64,000 bases of DNA from Escherichia coli. GTDB taxonomy: Bacteria > Pseudomonadota > Gammaproteobacteria > Enterobacterales > Enterobacteriaceae. Under the pieces are notes generated by a model. The model made no database searches, was not told where the DNA came from, and worked only from the letters and a program-made list of their open reading frames with translations. The position numbers and the translations under genes are program-made. Where the stretch lies: NCBI RefSeq assembly GCF_003019035.1, contig NZ_CP027447.1. One strand, given 5' to 3'. Each line of letters starts with the position of its first letter. Position 1 is the first letter of the stretch. Positions 38,633 through 50,119 of the stretch are shown in pieces.

Positions 38633-39344
38633 ACGCCTGCACCAGCCTTTCAAACAGGCGGTCTGCGATGATCGCCGCCAGTGCCACCAGTAATGCCCCC
38701 TGGATCACATACGCGGTATTAAATCCGCTAAGCCCGATGATGATCGGCGTACCCAGCGTGCTGGCCCCTACCGTTGAGGCGATCGTCGCCGTACCAATGT
38801 TGATAATCACCGAAGTTCGCACGCCCGCCAGAATCACCGGAGCCGCCAGCGGTAGCTCGACCTTACGCAGTCGCTGACCACGACTCATTCCCATACCTTT
38901 CGCAACTTCTGTCACGCTGGCATCAATCGCTCCCAGCCCGGCAAGTGTCGCCTGCAGGACGGGTAGCACACCGTAAAGGATCAAGGCGATAATCGCCGGT
39001 TGCAGGCCAAAGCCGATCACCGGAACGGCAATCGCCAGCACTGCAACGGGCGGAAAAGTCTGCCCAACGGCAGCAATAGTTTCCACCAGTGGGCGAAATT
39101 CCGCGCCCCACGGGCGAGTAACAATAATTCCTGCACCAGTGCCAATGATCACCGCAAACAAACTCGAAATTCCCACCAGCCAGAAATGAGCCAGTGCCAG
39201 AGCTGCAAAACTTTCTTGCTGATAAACGGGGCGTGGCAGTTGTGGGAACAAGGCAGCAAACAGCGGCTGGCTGTAAGGCAGCCAGAAAATCAGTGCCACA
39301 AACAAAGCAATGAGCCAGAACAGCGGATCGCGCAACATCTTCAT
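38613..39344 (-). CDS. yehW: Osmoprotectant ABC transporter permease, 243 aa
   Basis: Polytopic permease; operon yehZYXW on minus strand. Confidence 0.93.
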
Positions 39345-39348
39345 ACGC

Positions 39349-40275
39349 TTACGCCTCCACCAGCAGATCCTGAAAATGCAGCGTGCCGCAAGGCTGGCCC
39401 TGCGTGTTCATCACCGGCAGCACCTCGCATCCCCGCGCGACAAACAGGGAGAGCGCATCGCGTAGCGTCATCTCTTCTGCCAGTGCCTCACCTTCTGCAC
39501 GTTCTTCGCGACGCACGTAATCCGCCACACTACGTAACGAAAGCAGGCGCACACCCAGTTCACTACGTCCAAAAAACTGGCGAACAAAATCATTCGCCGG
39601 ACGAGTCAGCATCGTCAGCGGATTGCCCTGCTGCACCACTTCACCGTGATCCATCAATACCAGATGTTCTGCCAGCCGTAGCGCCTCATCAATATCATGA
39701 GTGACCAGCACAATAGTGCGCCCCAGCAAACGGTGAATGCGCGTCATCTCTTGTTGCAACGCGCCGCGCGTTACCGGGTCCAGTGCGCCAAAAGGTTCAT
39801 CCATCAGTAAGACTTGCGGATCGGCAGCCAGTGCGCGCGCCACTCCCACACGTTGCTGCTGACCACCGGAAAGCTGATGCGGATAACGCTCACGTAAATT
39901 TGACTCCAGCCCCAGTAGCGCCATTAATTCGTCGATACGATCGTCAATCCTCGCCCGCGACCATTTTTGTAATTGCGGCACGGTAGCGATGTTTTGCGCC
40001 ACGCTCCAGTGGGGAAACAGGCCAATAGATTGAATGGCATAGCCCATCCGGCGGCGCAACTCCAGCACTGGCAGCGAGCGAATTTCTTCTCCGGCAAAGC
40101 GGATCACGCCACTGTCATGCTCCACCAGGCGGTTAATCATTTTCAGAGTGGTGGATTTACCGGAGCCTGATGTACCAATCAGCACTGAAAAACTCCCCTC
40201 CTGAAAATTGAGATTGAGATCGTTAACGGCTTTTTGTGCGCCGAACAGTTTGCTGACATGGCTAAATTCAATCAT
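39349..40275 (-). CDS. yehX: Osmoprotectant ABC transporter ATP-binding protein with C-terminal CBS-like region, 308 aa
   Basis: Walker [13 protein letters not shown] signature LSGGQQQRV, Walker B LLMDEPF. Confidence 0.95.
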   Translation of the reverse strand: MIEFSHVSKLFGAQKAVNDLNLNFQEGSFSVLIGTSGSGKSTTLKMINRLVEHDSGVIRFAGEEIRSLPVLELRRRMGYAIQSIGLFPHWSVAQNIATVPQLQKWSRARIDDRIDELMALLGLESNLRERYPHQLSGGQQQRVGVARALAADPQVLLMDEPFGALDPVTRGALQQEMTRIHRLLGRTIVLVTHDIDEALRLAEHLVLMDHGEVVQQGNPLTMLTRPANDFVRQFFGRSELGVRLLSLRSVADYVRREERAEGEALAEEMTLRDALSLFVARGCEVLPVMNTQGQPCGTLHFQDLLVEA

Positions 40276-41425
40276 TACGTTTCACCTTCAGCAGTGCGAT
40301 AAGCAAATCGAACAGCGCGTCGGTAAGCACCGCCAGAACAATTACCGGGATCACCCCCAGCAACACTAAATCAATGGCACTGCTTAGCAGCCCCTGGAAA
40401 ACCAGCGCACCAAAACCGCCTGCGCCGATTAACGCTGCAATCACCGCCATACCTACAGTTTGCACCATCACCACCCGCAGGCTGCGCAGAAATACCGGTA
40501 ACGCCAGCGGTAACTGAACATGCAGGAATCGCTGCGCCCCGCTCATCCCCATCGCTCTGGCGCTCTCCAGCACATCGCGCGGGATCTGGTTCAAGCCGAC
40601 TACCACGCCGCGCACCAGCGGCAGCAAGGCATAGAGCACCAGCGCAATCAGTGCGGGTGTCATTCCGGTTCCTGCTATGCCCAGCTTACCCAGCCACGGA
40701 AAGGCCGTCACCAGCGCGGCAAGCGGCGCAATCAACAGGCCAAAGAGCGCCACCGAAGGCACGGTCTGAATGACATTGAGTAGCGAAAAAATCGCCCCCT
40801 GCCGCGCGGTGGAAAAGTAGCACCAGACGCCCAACGGCACACCAATCACTAACGCAGGCAGCACCGCACCAAACAGCAACGTCAGATGTTGCGCCAGCGC
40901 GTCATCAAACACATCCTGACGGTTGGCGTATTCTTTCATTAGCGAGAGATCGTTAAGCACGCCGGAATACAGCAACCACAGCGGAATGATGGCAATCTGC
41001 ATATGCAACAACCAGCGCCACAGCGGATGCGTGGAGATTCGTCGGATGGCATCGCTACAGGCAAGCAATGCCAGCGCCGCAGCCAGCCAGAAACCACTGC
41101 CGAGGCTGGTACGCGCCAGCGCACTGCCATTTTGCGCCAGTTGTGTCGCCGCCTTTCCAGCTCCCCACACCAGCAATACGAAGACGAATTGCGCCAGAAT
41201 GAGTGCAAAAATGCTGCCTTTTTTAGCGGGAATAACACAGGCTGTCAGCCAGGCGCAACCAACGCCCACCAGCATCCAGATCGTTTGCGGCCACAGCTGC
41301 CAGAGATGGCGCCCCTCACCCGAAACTAAACGATTAGGCGCGTAACTGATAAACGGCAGCGCCGCTGCGATTGCCGTCAGCAACAGCAGCAGCGCCAGAA
41401 CAGGATTAATACGTAGATAAGTCAC
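40268..41425 (-). CDS. yehY: Osmoprotectant ABC transporter permease, 385 aa
   Basis: Polytopic permease; 8-nt overlap with yehX start. Confidence 0.93.
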   Translation of the reverse strand: MTYLRINPVLALLLLLTAIAAALPFISYAPNRLVSGEGRHLWQLWPQTIWMLVGVGCAWLTACVIPAKKGSIFALILAQFVFVLLVWGAGKAATQLAQNGSALARTSLGSGFWLAAALALLACSDAIRRISTHPLWRWLLHMQIAIIPLWLLYSGVLNDLSLMKEYANRQDVFDDALAQHLTLLFGAVLPALVIGVPLGVWCYFSTARQGAIFSLLNVIQTVPSVALFGLLIAPLAALVTAFPWLGKLGIAGTGMTPALIALVLYALLPLVRGVVVGLNQIPRDVLESARAMGMSGAQRFLHVQLPLALPVFLRSLRVVMVQTVGMAVIAALIGAGGFGALVFQGLLSSAIDLVLLGVIPVIVLAVLTDALFDLLIALLKVKRND

Positions 41426-41431
41426 GGGAAA

Positions 41432-42349
41432 TTACTTCGTCCACCCTTTTTGTTTCAGGTAGTCGGCAGCCACTTTTTTGGCATCCAGTCCTTCAACTGC
41501 AATGCTGGCATTCAGTTGCTGCAATGTTTTTGCATCGAGGCTGGCGAAGACTGGCTGTAGCCACTGTGCCATTTGCGGATACTCCTTCAGCACCGACTCA
41601 CGCACCACTGGTGCAGGCGCGTAGATAGGCTGCACGCCTTGCGGATCGCTTAAGGTTTGCAACCCCAGTGCCGCGACCGGACCGTCAGTGCCGTAAGCCA
41701 TTGCGGCATTAACGCCAGAAGTTTGCTGGGCAGCGGCCTTGATCGTTACCGCCGTGTCGCCACCAGCCAGTGACAGCAACTGATCCTGACCGAGCTTAAA
41801 GCCATAGGCTTTTTCAAAGGCGGGTAACGCATCGGCGCGTTCGATAAACTCTGCTGAGGCAGCCAGTTTGAAGGTGCCACCCTCTTTCAGATAACGACTC
41901 AGGTCAGCAAGCGAAGTGAGTTTGTTTTTCTCTGCCACATCCTGACGCACGGCGATGGTCCAGGTGTTATTTGCAGGCGCGGGCGTCAGCCAGATTAACT
42001 TGTTTTGCTCTGCATCGAGTTTTTTGACTTTCTCATAGCCTTGCTGCGCGTTTTTCCATGCCGTATCGTTTTCATCTTTAAAGAAAAACGCGCCATTGCC
42101 AGTATATTCCGGATAGATATCCAGCTCACCAGAAGTGATCGCCCCGCGCACTACGGGAGTCGTTCCCAATTGCACTTTATTTACCGTAGGAACGCCGTGA
42201 CTTTCCAGCACCTGCAAAATGATATTGCCGAGCAGCGCGCCTTCGGTATCGATTTTTGAACCGACTTTAACGGGGGAAGCCGCGTGCAGCGGCAGGCTCA
42301 CGGCTGCCAACAAAACCAGTGAACCTGCCCAGACCTTTGAGAGTGGCAT
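41432..42349 (-). CDS. osmF: Periplasmic glycine betaine-binding protein of ABC transporter, 305 aa
   Basis: Signal peptide MPLSKVWAGSLVLLAAVSLPLHA; first gene of yehZYXW operon. Confidence 0.93.
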   Translation of the reverse strand: MPLSKVWAGSLVLLAAVSLPLHAASPVKVGSKIDTEGALLGNIILQVLESHGVPTVNKVQLGTTPVVRGAITSGELDIYPEYTGNGAFFFKDENDTAWKNAQQGYEKVKKLDAEQNKLIWLTPAPANNTWTIAVRQDVAEKNKLTSLADLSRYLKEGGTFKLAASAEFIERADALPAFEKAYGFKLGQDQLLSLAGGDTAVTIKAAAQQTSGVNAAMAYGTDGPVAALGLQTLSDPQGVQPIYAPAPVVRESVLKEYPQMAQWLQPVFASLDAKTLQQLNASIAVEGLDAKKVAADYLKQKGWTK

Positions 42350-42497
42350 GATGCTTTCCTCAATCTTTTACTGTTGTTTTCAGCGAATTAAGAGAAAAGC
42401 ATAGTTGATAATGGCGGGGTTAGCCTGAGCGGAAGGAATCAGTTGCAGAATCAGATAAATACTTAAAGGGCGCAAACGTCGCGCCCTTGCTAAAGCA

Positions 42498-44795
42498 TTA
42501 CAGCAACTCAAACTCGCCTTTCTTAACGCGTGCGGAATCAGTGCCGATAAAGACATTGAACTTGCCAGACTCGGCGTCATATTTCATCTGTTGATTCCAG
42601 AACTTCAGCGCCTCGATATCAATCGGGAAGCTGACGGTCTGGGTTTCGCCCGGTTTCAGGGTGATTTTCTCAAAGCCTTTCAGCTGTTTTACCGGGCGAC
42701 TCATGGAAGCCGTCACATCCTGCAGGTACATCTGAACTACCGTCGCCCCTTCGCGCTTACCGGTGTTCGTCACCTGCACGCTGGCGGTCACTTTGCCGTC
42801 ACGCTTCATGGTCGGCGCAGAAAGTTTCACATCAGAGACGGTGAAAGTGGTATAGCTCAGACCATAGCCGAACGGATAAAGCGCCCCGTTAGCTTCATCA
42901 AAATAACGCGAAGTGTATTTGTTCGGCTTGTCGGCATTATACGGGCGACCGGTATTCAGATGACTGTAGTACACCGGGATCTGCCCGACAGAACGCGGGA
43001 AGGACATCGGCAGCTTGCCGGACGGGTTGTAATCGCCAAACAATACATCGGCAATTGCATTACCGCCTTCAGTCCCCGCAAACCAGGTTTCCAGAATCGC
43101 ATCCGCCTGCTGATCTTCTTTCACCAGCGCCAGCGGACGCCCGTTCATCAGCACCAGCGCCAGCGGTTTACCGGTGGCTTTCAGCGCCGCAATCAAGTCA
43201 CGTTGGCTTTGCGGAATAGTGATATCGGTACGGCTGGAGGCCTCGTGCGCCATCCCCTGAGCTTCACCGACCACAGCCACCACCACATCAGATTGCTTCG
43301 CGGTTTGCACCGCTTCATCAATCATCTCTTGCGGCGAGCGCGGATCAACTTTGACCGCCTCTTCATACTGATTCAGGAAATCGATAATGCCTTTGTCACT
43401 GGTAACGTTCGCCCCTTTGGCATACAGCACTTTACCGTTTTCGCCGACGGCGTTTTTAATCCCGGTCAGTACGGTCACAGATTGATCGGCAACACCGGCT
43501 GCTGACCAGCTGCCCATCACGTCACGTTTGCTGTCCGCCAGTGGCCCTACCACCGCAATGGTTGCCGTTTTTTTCAGCGGCAGCGTTTCAAGACGGTTTT
43601 TCAGCAACACCAGGCTTTCGCGCGCCACTTCACGCGCTTCTTTGCGGTGCAGGCGGCTTTCGGCATTGGTATCCACCGGGTCAGACTCTTTCGGACCGAG
43701 ATGGCTGTACGGGTCGTTAAACAACCCCATATCATATTTAACGTTCAGTACATGACGGGCAGCGTCATCCAGCTCTTCCATCGTCACTTTGCCGGATTTG
43801 ATCAACCCAGGCAGATACTTCGAGTAATACTCGTCGCTCATACTCATGTTGATGCCGGATTTCAGCGCCACGCGCACCGCATCTTCCGGGTCTGCCGCCG
43901 TGCCATGTTTAATCAGCTCTTTGATTGCGCCGTGATCGGAAACGGTGATGCCTTTAAAGCCCCACTGGTCGCGCAGAACATCTTTCAGCAGCCAGGAGTC
44001 GGAGGTGGCTGGCGTGCCGTTCAGCGAGTTCAGCGCCACCATCACCGCGCCGCTGCCTGCGTCCAGCCCCGCTTTGTACGGCGGCATATAATCATTAAAC
44101 AGGCGCTGCGGACTCATATCGACGGTGTTGTACTCTTTACCGCCTTCTACCGCGCCGTATGCGGCAAAGTGTTTGACGCTGGTCATCACCGAGTAGCGAT
44201 CTGCCGGGCTTTTACCCTGCATCGCTTCCACCATGGTTTTGCCCATTATTGAGGTGAGATACGTATCTTCGCCAAAACCTTCGGAAGCACGTCCCCAGCG
44301 CGGATCGCGCGAGACATCGACCATCGGTGCCCAGGTCATGTTCAGGCCATCATCTGCCGCTTCATAAGCAGAGACACGCCCGACTGTTTTCACTGCATCG
44401 AGGTTAAAAGACGAGGCCAGACCGAGGCTAATCGGGAACACCGTGCGCTGACCGTGCAGCACGTCGTAAGCAAAGAAAAGAGGAATTTTCAGGCGGCTTA
44501 ATTCCATCACCTGATCCTGCATGGCGCGGATATCCTGACGGGTTACGGTGTTGAAAATCGCCCCAACCTGACCGTCTTTGATCATCTCGCGGATCGCCTC
44601 TTTCGGGTTATCCGGGCCGACGCTGATTAAGCGCAGCTGACCAATTTTCTCATCAACTGTCATTTTCTTAAGCAGTTCGGTGACGAACGCATCCCGCGCT
44701 TCGGGCGTTAATGGATGGTTGCCGAATAAATCATCCGCCAGTGCTGGCTGCAGGGCCAGACTCACCGCGATTCCTACTGAACATAGCCATTTCAT
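42498..44795 (-). CDS. bglX: Periplasmic beta-glucosidase (GH3), 765 aa
   Basis: Start at ATG 44793-44795 (MKWLCSVGIAVSLALQPALA signal peptide), ORF-track extension rejected; GH3 two-domain architecture. Confidence 0.95.
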   Translation of the reverse strand: MKWLCSVGIAVSLALQPALADDLFGNHPLTPEARDAFVTELLKKMTVDEKIGQLRLISVGPDNPKEAIREMIKDGQVGAIFNTVTRQDIRAMQDQVMELSRLKIPLFFAYDVLHGQRTVFPISLGLASSFNLDAVKTVGRVSAYEAADDGLNMTWAPMVDVSRDPRWGRASEGFGEDTYLTSIMGKTMVEAMQGKSPADRYSVMTSVKHFAAYGAVEGGKEYNTVDMSPQRLFNDYMPPYKAGLDAGSGAVMVALNSLNGTPATSDSWLLKDVLRDQWGFKGITVSDHGAIKELIKHGTAADPEDAVRVALKSGINMSMSDEYYSKYLPGLIKSGKVTMEELDDAARHVLNVKYDMGLFNDPYSHLGPKESDPVDTNAESRLHRKEAREVARESLVLLKNRLETLPLKKTATIAVVGPLADSKRDVMGSWSAAGVADQSVTVLTGIKNAVGENGKVLYAKGANVTSDKGIIDFLNQYEEAVKVDPRSPQEMIDEAVQTAKQSDVVVAVVGEAQGMAHEASSRTDITIPQSQRDLIAALKATGKPLALVLMNGRPLALVKEDQQADAILETWFAGTEGGNAIADVLFGDYNPSGKLPMSFPRSVGQIPVYYSHLNTGRPYNADKPNKYTSRYFDEANGALYPFGYGLSYTTFTVSDVKLSAPTMKRDGKVTASVQVTNTGKREGATVVQMYLQDVTASMSRPVKQLKGFEKITLKPGETQTVSFPIDIEALKFWNQQMKYDAESGKFNVFIGTDSARVKKGEFELL

Positions 44796-44990
44796 ATGGA
44801 TTTTTCTTCCTCTGTTGCCCGACGTGGCAGCGAAAATGGTGCAAAAACCGTAGTTTGCCATAAGCATGATGGAGAGAGAAAAAGAATGCTCAGTTTATTG
44901 TCTGAATTTTCAAAATATTCACTCGCTGAATTGTCATACAAGGCGCTATTCTAGTTTGTGATATTTTTTCGCCACCACAAGGAGTGGAAA

Positions 44991-46706
44991 ATGTCTTCCA
45001 TGACAACAACTGATAATAAAGCCTTTTTGAATGAACTTGCCCGTCTGGTCGGTCATTCACACCTGCTCACCGATCCCGCAAAAACGGCCCGCTATCGCAA
45101 GGGCTTCCGTTCTGGTCAGGGCGACGCGCTGGCTGTCGTTTTCCCTGGCTCACTACTGGAATTGTGGCGGGTGCTGAAAGCCTGCGTCACCGCCGACAAA
45201 ATTATTCTGATGCAGGCCGCTAATACAGGTCTGACCGAAGGATCGACGCCAAACGGTAACGACTATGATCGCGATATCGTGATCATCAGCACCCTGCGTC
45301 TCGACAAGCTGCACGTACTCGGTAAGGGCGAACAGGTGCTGGCCTATCCGGGCACCACGCTCTATTCACTGGAAAAAGCCCTCAAACCGCTGGGACGCGA
45401 ACCGCACTCGGTGATTGGATCATCGTGTATAGGCGCATCGGTCATCGGCGGTATTTGTAACAACTCCGGCGGCTCGCTGGTGCAGCGTGGCCCGGCGTAT
45501 ACCGAAATGTCGTTATTCGCGCGTATAAATGAAGATGGCAAACTGACGCTGGTGAACCATCTCGGGATTGATCTGGGCGAAACGCCGGAGCAGATCCTTA
45601 GCAAGCTGGATGACGATCGCATCAAAGATGACGATGTGCGTCACGATGGTCGTCACGCCCACGATTATGACTATGTCCACCGCGTTCGTGATATTGAAGC
45701 CGACACGCCCGCACGTTATAACGCCGATCCGGATCGGTTATTTGAATCTTCTGGTTGCGCCGGGAAGCTGGCCGTCTTTGCGGTACGTCTTGATACCTTC
45801 GAAGCGGAAAAAAATCAGCAGGTGTTTTATATCGGCACCAACCAGCCGGAAGTGCTGACCGAAATCCGCCGTCATATTCTGGCTAATTTCGAAAATTTGC
45901 CGGTTGCCGGGGAATATATGCACCGGGATATCTACGATATTGCGGAAAAATACGGCAAAGACACCTTCCTGATGATTGATAAGTTAGGCACCGACAAGAT
46001 GCCGTTCTTCTTTAATCTCAAGGGACGCACCGATGCGATGCTGGAGAAAGTGAAATTCTTCCGTCCGCATTTTACCGACCGTGCAATGCAAAAATTCGGT
46101 CACCTGTTCCCCAGCCATTTACCGCCACGCATGAAAAACTGGCGCGATAAATACGAGCATCATCTGCTGTTAAAAATGGCGGGCGATGGCGTCGGTGAAG
46201 CCAAATCGTGGCTGGTGGATTATTTCAAACAGGCCGAGGGCGATTTCTTTGTCTGTACGCCGGAGGAAGGCAGCAAAGCGTTTTTACACCGTTTCGCCGC
46301 TGCGGGCGCAGCAATTCGTTATCAGGCGGTGCATTCCGATGAAGTCGAAGACATTCTGGCGCTGGATATCGCTCTGCGGCGTAACGACACCGAATGGTAT
46401 GAGCATTTACCGCCGGAGATCGACAGCCAGCTGGTGCACAAGCTCTATTACGGCCATTTTATGTGCTATGTCTTCCATCAGGATTACATCGTGAAAAAAG
46501 GCGTGGATGTGCACGCGCTGAAAGAACAGATGCTGGAACTGCTGCAGCAGCGTGGCGCGCAATACCCTGCCGAACATAACGTCGGTCATTTGTATAAAGC
46601 ACCGGAGACGTTGCAGAAGTTTTATCGCGAGAACGATCCGACCAACAGTATGAATCCGGGGATCGGTAAAACCAGTAAGCGGAAAAACTGGCAGGAAGTG
46701 GAGTAA
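44991..46706 (+). CDS. dld: FAD-dependent D-lactate dehydrogenase (quinone), 571 aa
   Basis: AGGAG RBS before ATG 44991 (MSSMTTTDNKAFLNELARLVG..). Confidence 0.95.
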   Translation: MSSMTTTDNKAFLNELARLVGHSHLLTDPAKTARYRKGFRSGQGDALAVVFPGSLLELWRVLKACVTADKIILMQAANTGLTEGSTPNGNDYDRDIVIISTLRLDKLHVLGKGEQVLAYPGTTLYSLEKALKPLGREPHSVIGSSCIGASVIGGICNNSGGSLVQRGPAYTEMSLFARINEDGKLTLVNHLGIDLGETPEQILSKLDDDRIKDDDVRHDGRHAHDYDYVHRVRDIEADTPARYNADPDRLFESSGCAGKLAVFAVRLDTFEAEKNQQVFYIGTNQPEVLTEIRRHILANFENLPVAGEYMHRDIYDIAEKYGKDTFLMIDKLGTDKMPFFFNLKGRTDAMLEKVKFFRPHFTDRAMQKFGHLFPSHLPPRMKNWRDKYEHHLLLKMAGDGVGEAKSWLVDYFKQAEGDFFVCTPEEGSKAFLHRFAAAGAAIRYQAVHSDEVEDILALDIALRRNDTEWYEHLPPEIDSQLVHKLYYGHFMCYVFHQDYIVKKGVDVHALKEQMLELLQQRGAQYPAEHNVGHLYKAPETLQKFYRENDPTNSMNPGIGKTSKRKNWQEVE

Positions 46707-46711
46707 TAATT

Positions 46712-46737
46712 ACGGATGGCAGAGTATCGCCATCCGT
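46712..46737. terminator. Bidirectional terminator hairpin between convergent dld and pbpG
   Basis: ACGGATGGC-agagtatc-GCCATCCGT perfect 9-bp stem. Confidence 0.65.
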
Positions 46738-46744
46738 CATTCAT

Positions 46745-47677
46745 TTAATCGTTCTGTGCCGTCTGCCCCGCCGCCGCCATTTGGGCGGCTTTTTGTTTTT
46801 TATAGCTCAACGCTGCTGCCGGAACAGGCATCACTTTACCGGTTTCAATCCAGGTACGCAGGCGGCTGGCATCGGCAAAATGGGTATATTTGCCAAACGC
46901 GTCCATTACTACCAGCGCCACCGGTTTATTATTGATAACCGTACGCATCACCAGACAATGGCCCGCCGCATTGGTAAAGCCGGTTTTGGTTAACTGAATA
47001 TTCCAGTTATCGCGATACACCAGATGGTTAGTATTGCGGAACGGCAGCGTATACGTCGGGTTAGAGAAGGTTGCCATATCTTCCCGGGTGGTACTTAACT
47101 GCCCGATCAACGGATATTGTTTGCTGGCAATGAGCAGTTTGGTTAAGTCACGGGCAGTTGAAACGTTATGCACCGACAATCCGGTAGGTTCAACAAAGCG
47201 CGTGTTGTTCATTCCGAGCGATTTCGCTTTCGCATTCATTGCCTTAATAAAGGCTTTGTAACCACCGGGATAATGGTGCGCAAGGCTTGCCGCCGCGCGG
47301 TTTTCTGAAGACATCAGCGCCAGCAACAGCATATCTTTACGGCTGATTTCGCTGTTCAGTCGTACGCGCGAATAGACCCCTTTCATCTCCGGCGTCTGGC
47401 TGATATCCACTTTTAGTTTTTCATCCAGCGGCAGTCGTGCATCCAGCACAACCATCGCGGTCATTAATTTGCTGATAGACGCAATCGGACGCACCAGATC
47501 CGGGTGGTTCGAATAGATCACTTTGTTAGTATTCAGATCAACAATCATCGCGCTACCGGAAGCAATTTCCGGTTGTGACGCGGTGGTAGCGGCTGCCGTT
47601 TTCGCAACGGCCTGCGGTGCAAAAGGCACAGCCAGCATCAGGGCCAGGCTAAATAAAGAAACTCGAAATTTCGGCAT
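46745..47677 (-). CDS. pbpG: D-alanyl-D-alanine endopeptidase (PBP7), 310 aa
   Basis: Signal peptide [25 protein letters not shown]; SxxK active-site motif (ASISKLMT). Confidence 0.95.
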
Positions 47678-47850
47678 GATGAGCATTCAGATAGTGGTTC
47701 ACGCGCACGGGTTGCGCACCGCCGGAGTAAGGATTTACTGAGGCTAGCGACGCCATCATAACGAGCAAAAAGTGCGATCGTCAAAGAAGAATCGTGAGGA
47801 AATGCTGCATTGCTGACATTTACGCCAGCAATGCAGCGCAAAAGAACTTT

Positions 47851-48438
47851 CTAGAACAAACGATAACCGTAGCCCCATAGTATAACGGTAAGGGCGAGCA
47901 GCACTTCCAGCACCAGCACGCCTATCGCCAGTGTCGAACTGGAGAAGCTAAGTCCTTCCTCTTTGTTGATATTCAGGAAGCTCGGAATACCGAGATACAG
48001 CAGGTAGCCGGTGTAAAACAGCGCCACCGTGCCGACCAGCGCACACAACCAGACCAGCGGGTAAAGCGCCACCAGACCGCTTAAAAACAGCGGAGTTGCA
48101 ACGTAGCCCGCGAAGACCATGCAGTGCGCAAGTGACGGACGCTGCGGATAATTGCGCGCCATCCACCAGATGACCCGCCCCATCACCGCGACCCCAGCCA
48201 GCATAACGCCATAAAACAAGACAGCCAGCGCCAGTCCGGTAAACCAGGATAACTTCAGGATAGTGCCATCGCCAAAATTCCAGCCAATCTGTGTAGTGCC
48301 AATGAAGGCGCAAATCACCGGAATCGCCGCCATCAGCAAAACGTGGTGGGTGTAGTGATGAGAAATCGTTTCGTTTTCGCGATTAATCACCTGCATTTCA
48401 CGATCGGGATGGGAAAACAGTCCCCAGACATGGCTCAT
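47851..48438 (-). CDS. yohC: Inner-membrane protein (Yip1-like), 195 aa
   Basis: Polytopic membrane ORF; start at ATG 48436-48438 (MSHVWGLFSHPDREMQ..). Confidence 0.85.
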   Translation of the reverse strand: MSHVWGLFSHPDREMQVINRENETISHHYTHHVLLMAAIPVICAFIGTTQIGWNFGDGTILKLSWFTGLALAVLFYGVMLAGVAVMGRVIWWMARNYPQRPSLAHCMVFAGYVATPLFLSGLVALYPLVWLCALVGTVALFYTGYLLYLGIPSFLNINKEEGLSFSSSTLAIGVLVLEVLLALTVILWGYGYRLF

Positions 48439-48607
48439 ACCGCCCCCTTGTTGTGAGTTCATGAACCTGACAGTTCAAGTATAAGTCAGCTTGTGATTAT
48501 TTTTTGTTCGCTCATGTAATTTGCACCGTCTGATGTACGTCCTTTTTCAGCGTGAATGATTCACAGGGTGTATGCTTACAGGCAAGCAAAGGGAGACAGA
48601 CTGTCCT

Positions 48608-49186
48608 ATGGATCTCAATACACTCATCTCACAATATGGTTATGCCGCGCTGGTTATCGGTAGCCTGGCGGAAGGTGAAACCGTGACTTTGCTGGGAGGC
48701 GTTGCGGCACATCAGGGGCTATTAAAGTTCCCGCTGGTGGTACTTTCTGTGGCGCTTGGCGGCATGATTGGCGACCAGGTGCTTTATCTGTGCGGGCGGC
48801 GGTTTGGCGGCAAGCTGTTACGCCGTTTCTCGAAACATCAGGATAAAATTGAGCGGGCGCAGAAACTTATCCAACGCCATCCGTATCTGTTTGTCATTGG
48901 TACGCGTTTTATGTATGGCTTTCGGGTCATTGGCCCGACGCTGATTGGTGCCAGCCAGCTGCCGCCGAAAATCTTTCTGCCGCTGAATATTCTCGGCGCA
49001 TTTGCCTGGTCGCTGATTTTTACCACTATCGGTTACGCTGGTGGGCAGGTGATTGCGCCGTGGTTGCACAATCTCGACCAGCATTTGAAGCACTGGGTCT
49101 GGTTGATTCTGGTCGTGGTTCTGGTGGTAGGCGTGCGCTGGTGGCTGAAACGGCGCGGGAAGAAAAAGCCGGATCATCAGGCGTAA
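48608..49186 (+). CDS. yohD: DedA-family inner-membrane protein, 192 aa
   Basis: Start at ATG 48608 (MDLNTLISQYGYAALVIGSLAEGE..); DedA-type sequence. Confidence 0.88.
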   Translation: MDLNTLISQYGYAALVIGSLAEGETVTLLGGVAAHQGLLKFPLVVLSVALGGMIGDQVLYLCGRRFGGKLLRRFSKHQDKIERAQKLIQRHPYLFVIGTRFMYGFRVIGPTLIGASQLPPKIFLPLNILGAFAWSLIFTTIGYAGGQVIAPWLHNLDQHLKHWVWLILVVVLVVGVRWWLKRRGKKKPDHQA

Positions 49187-49194
49187 AACCATTG

Positions 49195-49285
49195 CCCTGG
49201 ATAAGGTGTTCGCGCCGCATCCGACATCCGGTGCACCATGCCTGATGCGACGCTGGCGTGTCTTATCTGGCCTAACCCATTGAAA
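49195..49285. repeat. BIME: two REP units in inverted orientation, between convergent yohD and yohF
   Basis: ..GGATAAGGTGTTCGCGCCGCATCCGACATCCGG.. and ..GCCTGATGCGACGCTGGCGTGTCTTATCTGGCCTAAC.. match the E. coli REP consensus. Confidence 0.8.
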
Positions 49286-49305
49286 TAACCACGCACCTCA
49301 CTGCG

Positions 49306-50067
49306 CTATTCTGGGTTGAACTGCGGATTCGCCAACATAAAGCCGCCATCCACTATCAACGACTGCCCGGTGGTGTAATTTGCGCCCTCCGAACAAAGCC
49401 ATACCACCAGGCTGGCAATCTCATGCGTTGTGCCAAAACGTCGCAAGGGAATCGAAGGCTCCGCGTCAGGCTTCACGTCGCCGCCATCCATGCCGTTCAT
49501 TGGCGTGGCGATCGCCCCAGGTGCGACTGCGTTCACCAAAATTTTATGCCTGACCAGCTCCAGCGCCATTGCTTTGGTTAACCCGCCGAGCGCATGTTTA
49601 GCGGCTGTGTAGGCGCTGGCATCCGGCAGCGGCGTATGTTCATGTACCGATGTAATGTTGATGATGCGACCGCCCTGCCCTTGTTTCACCATCTGACGAG
49701 CCGCAATTTGCGAGCATAAAAATGCGCCATCGACATCAACGGTAAAAATCTTGCGCCACTCATCGAAAGCCATATCAAGAAACGGCGCTTTGGTCATTGC
49801 GCCCGCATTATTCACCAGCACATCAATACGCCCCAGCCGTTGAATAAGTTTCTCCAGCGCCAGTGCCCCTTCTGGTAGATTGCCGAGATCCAGTTGCACG
49901 ATCTCCGCACGTACGCCGTAGCTAACTACCTCACGCGCGGTATCTTTTGCCCCTTCTTCATCTGAGTGCCAGGTAATGCCAATATCAAACCCCTGCTGCG
50001 CCAGTAATAACGCGCACTCTTTGCCGATCCCCGAATCGGAGGCGGTAATTATCGCGACCTGTGCCAT
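49306..50067 (-). CDS. yohF: Short-chain dehydrogenase/reductase (SDR), 253 aa
   Basis: Rossmann motif TASDSGIGKE; start ATG 50065-50067 (MAQVAIITASD..). Confidence 0.9.
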   Translation of the reverse strand: MAQVAIITASDSGIGKECALLLAQQGFDIGITWHSDEEGAKDTAREVVSYGVRAEIVQLDLGNLPEGALALEKLIQRLGRIDVLVNNAGAMTKAPFLDMAFDEWRKIFTVDVDGAFLCSQIAARQMVKQGQGGRIINITSVHEHTPLPDASAYTAAKHALGGLTKAMALELVRHKILVNAVAPGAIATPMNGMDGGDVKPDAEPSIPLRRFGTTHEIASLVVWLCSEGANYTTGQSLIVDGGFMLANPQFNPE

Positions 50068-50119
50068 CGAATTCTCCACTTAACGCTCAACAAACGTTAA
50101 GTATAGAAGGCGCATATCA

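Noticed and set aside
42591-44252. Plus-strand ORFs (304 aa, 201 aa, 75 aa) inside bglX
   Set aside because: Antisense to an intact GH3 beta-glucosidase gene; Arg-rich low-complexity translations; no independent start signals.
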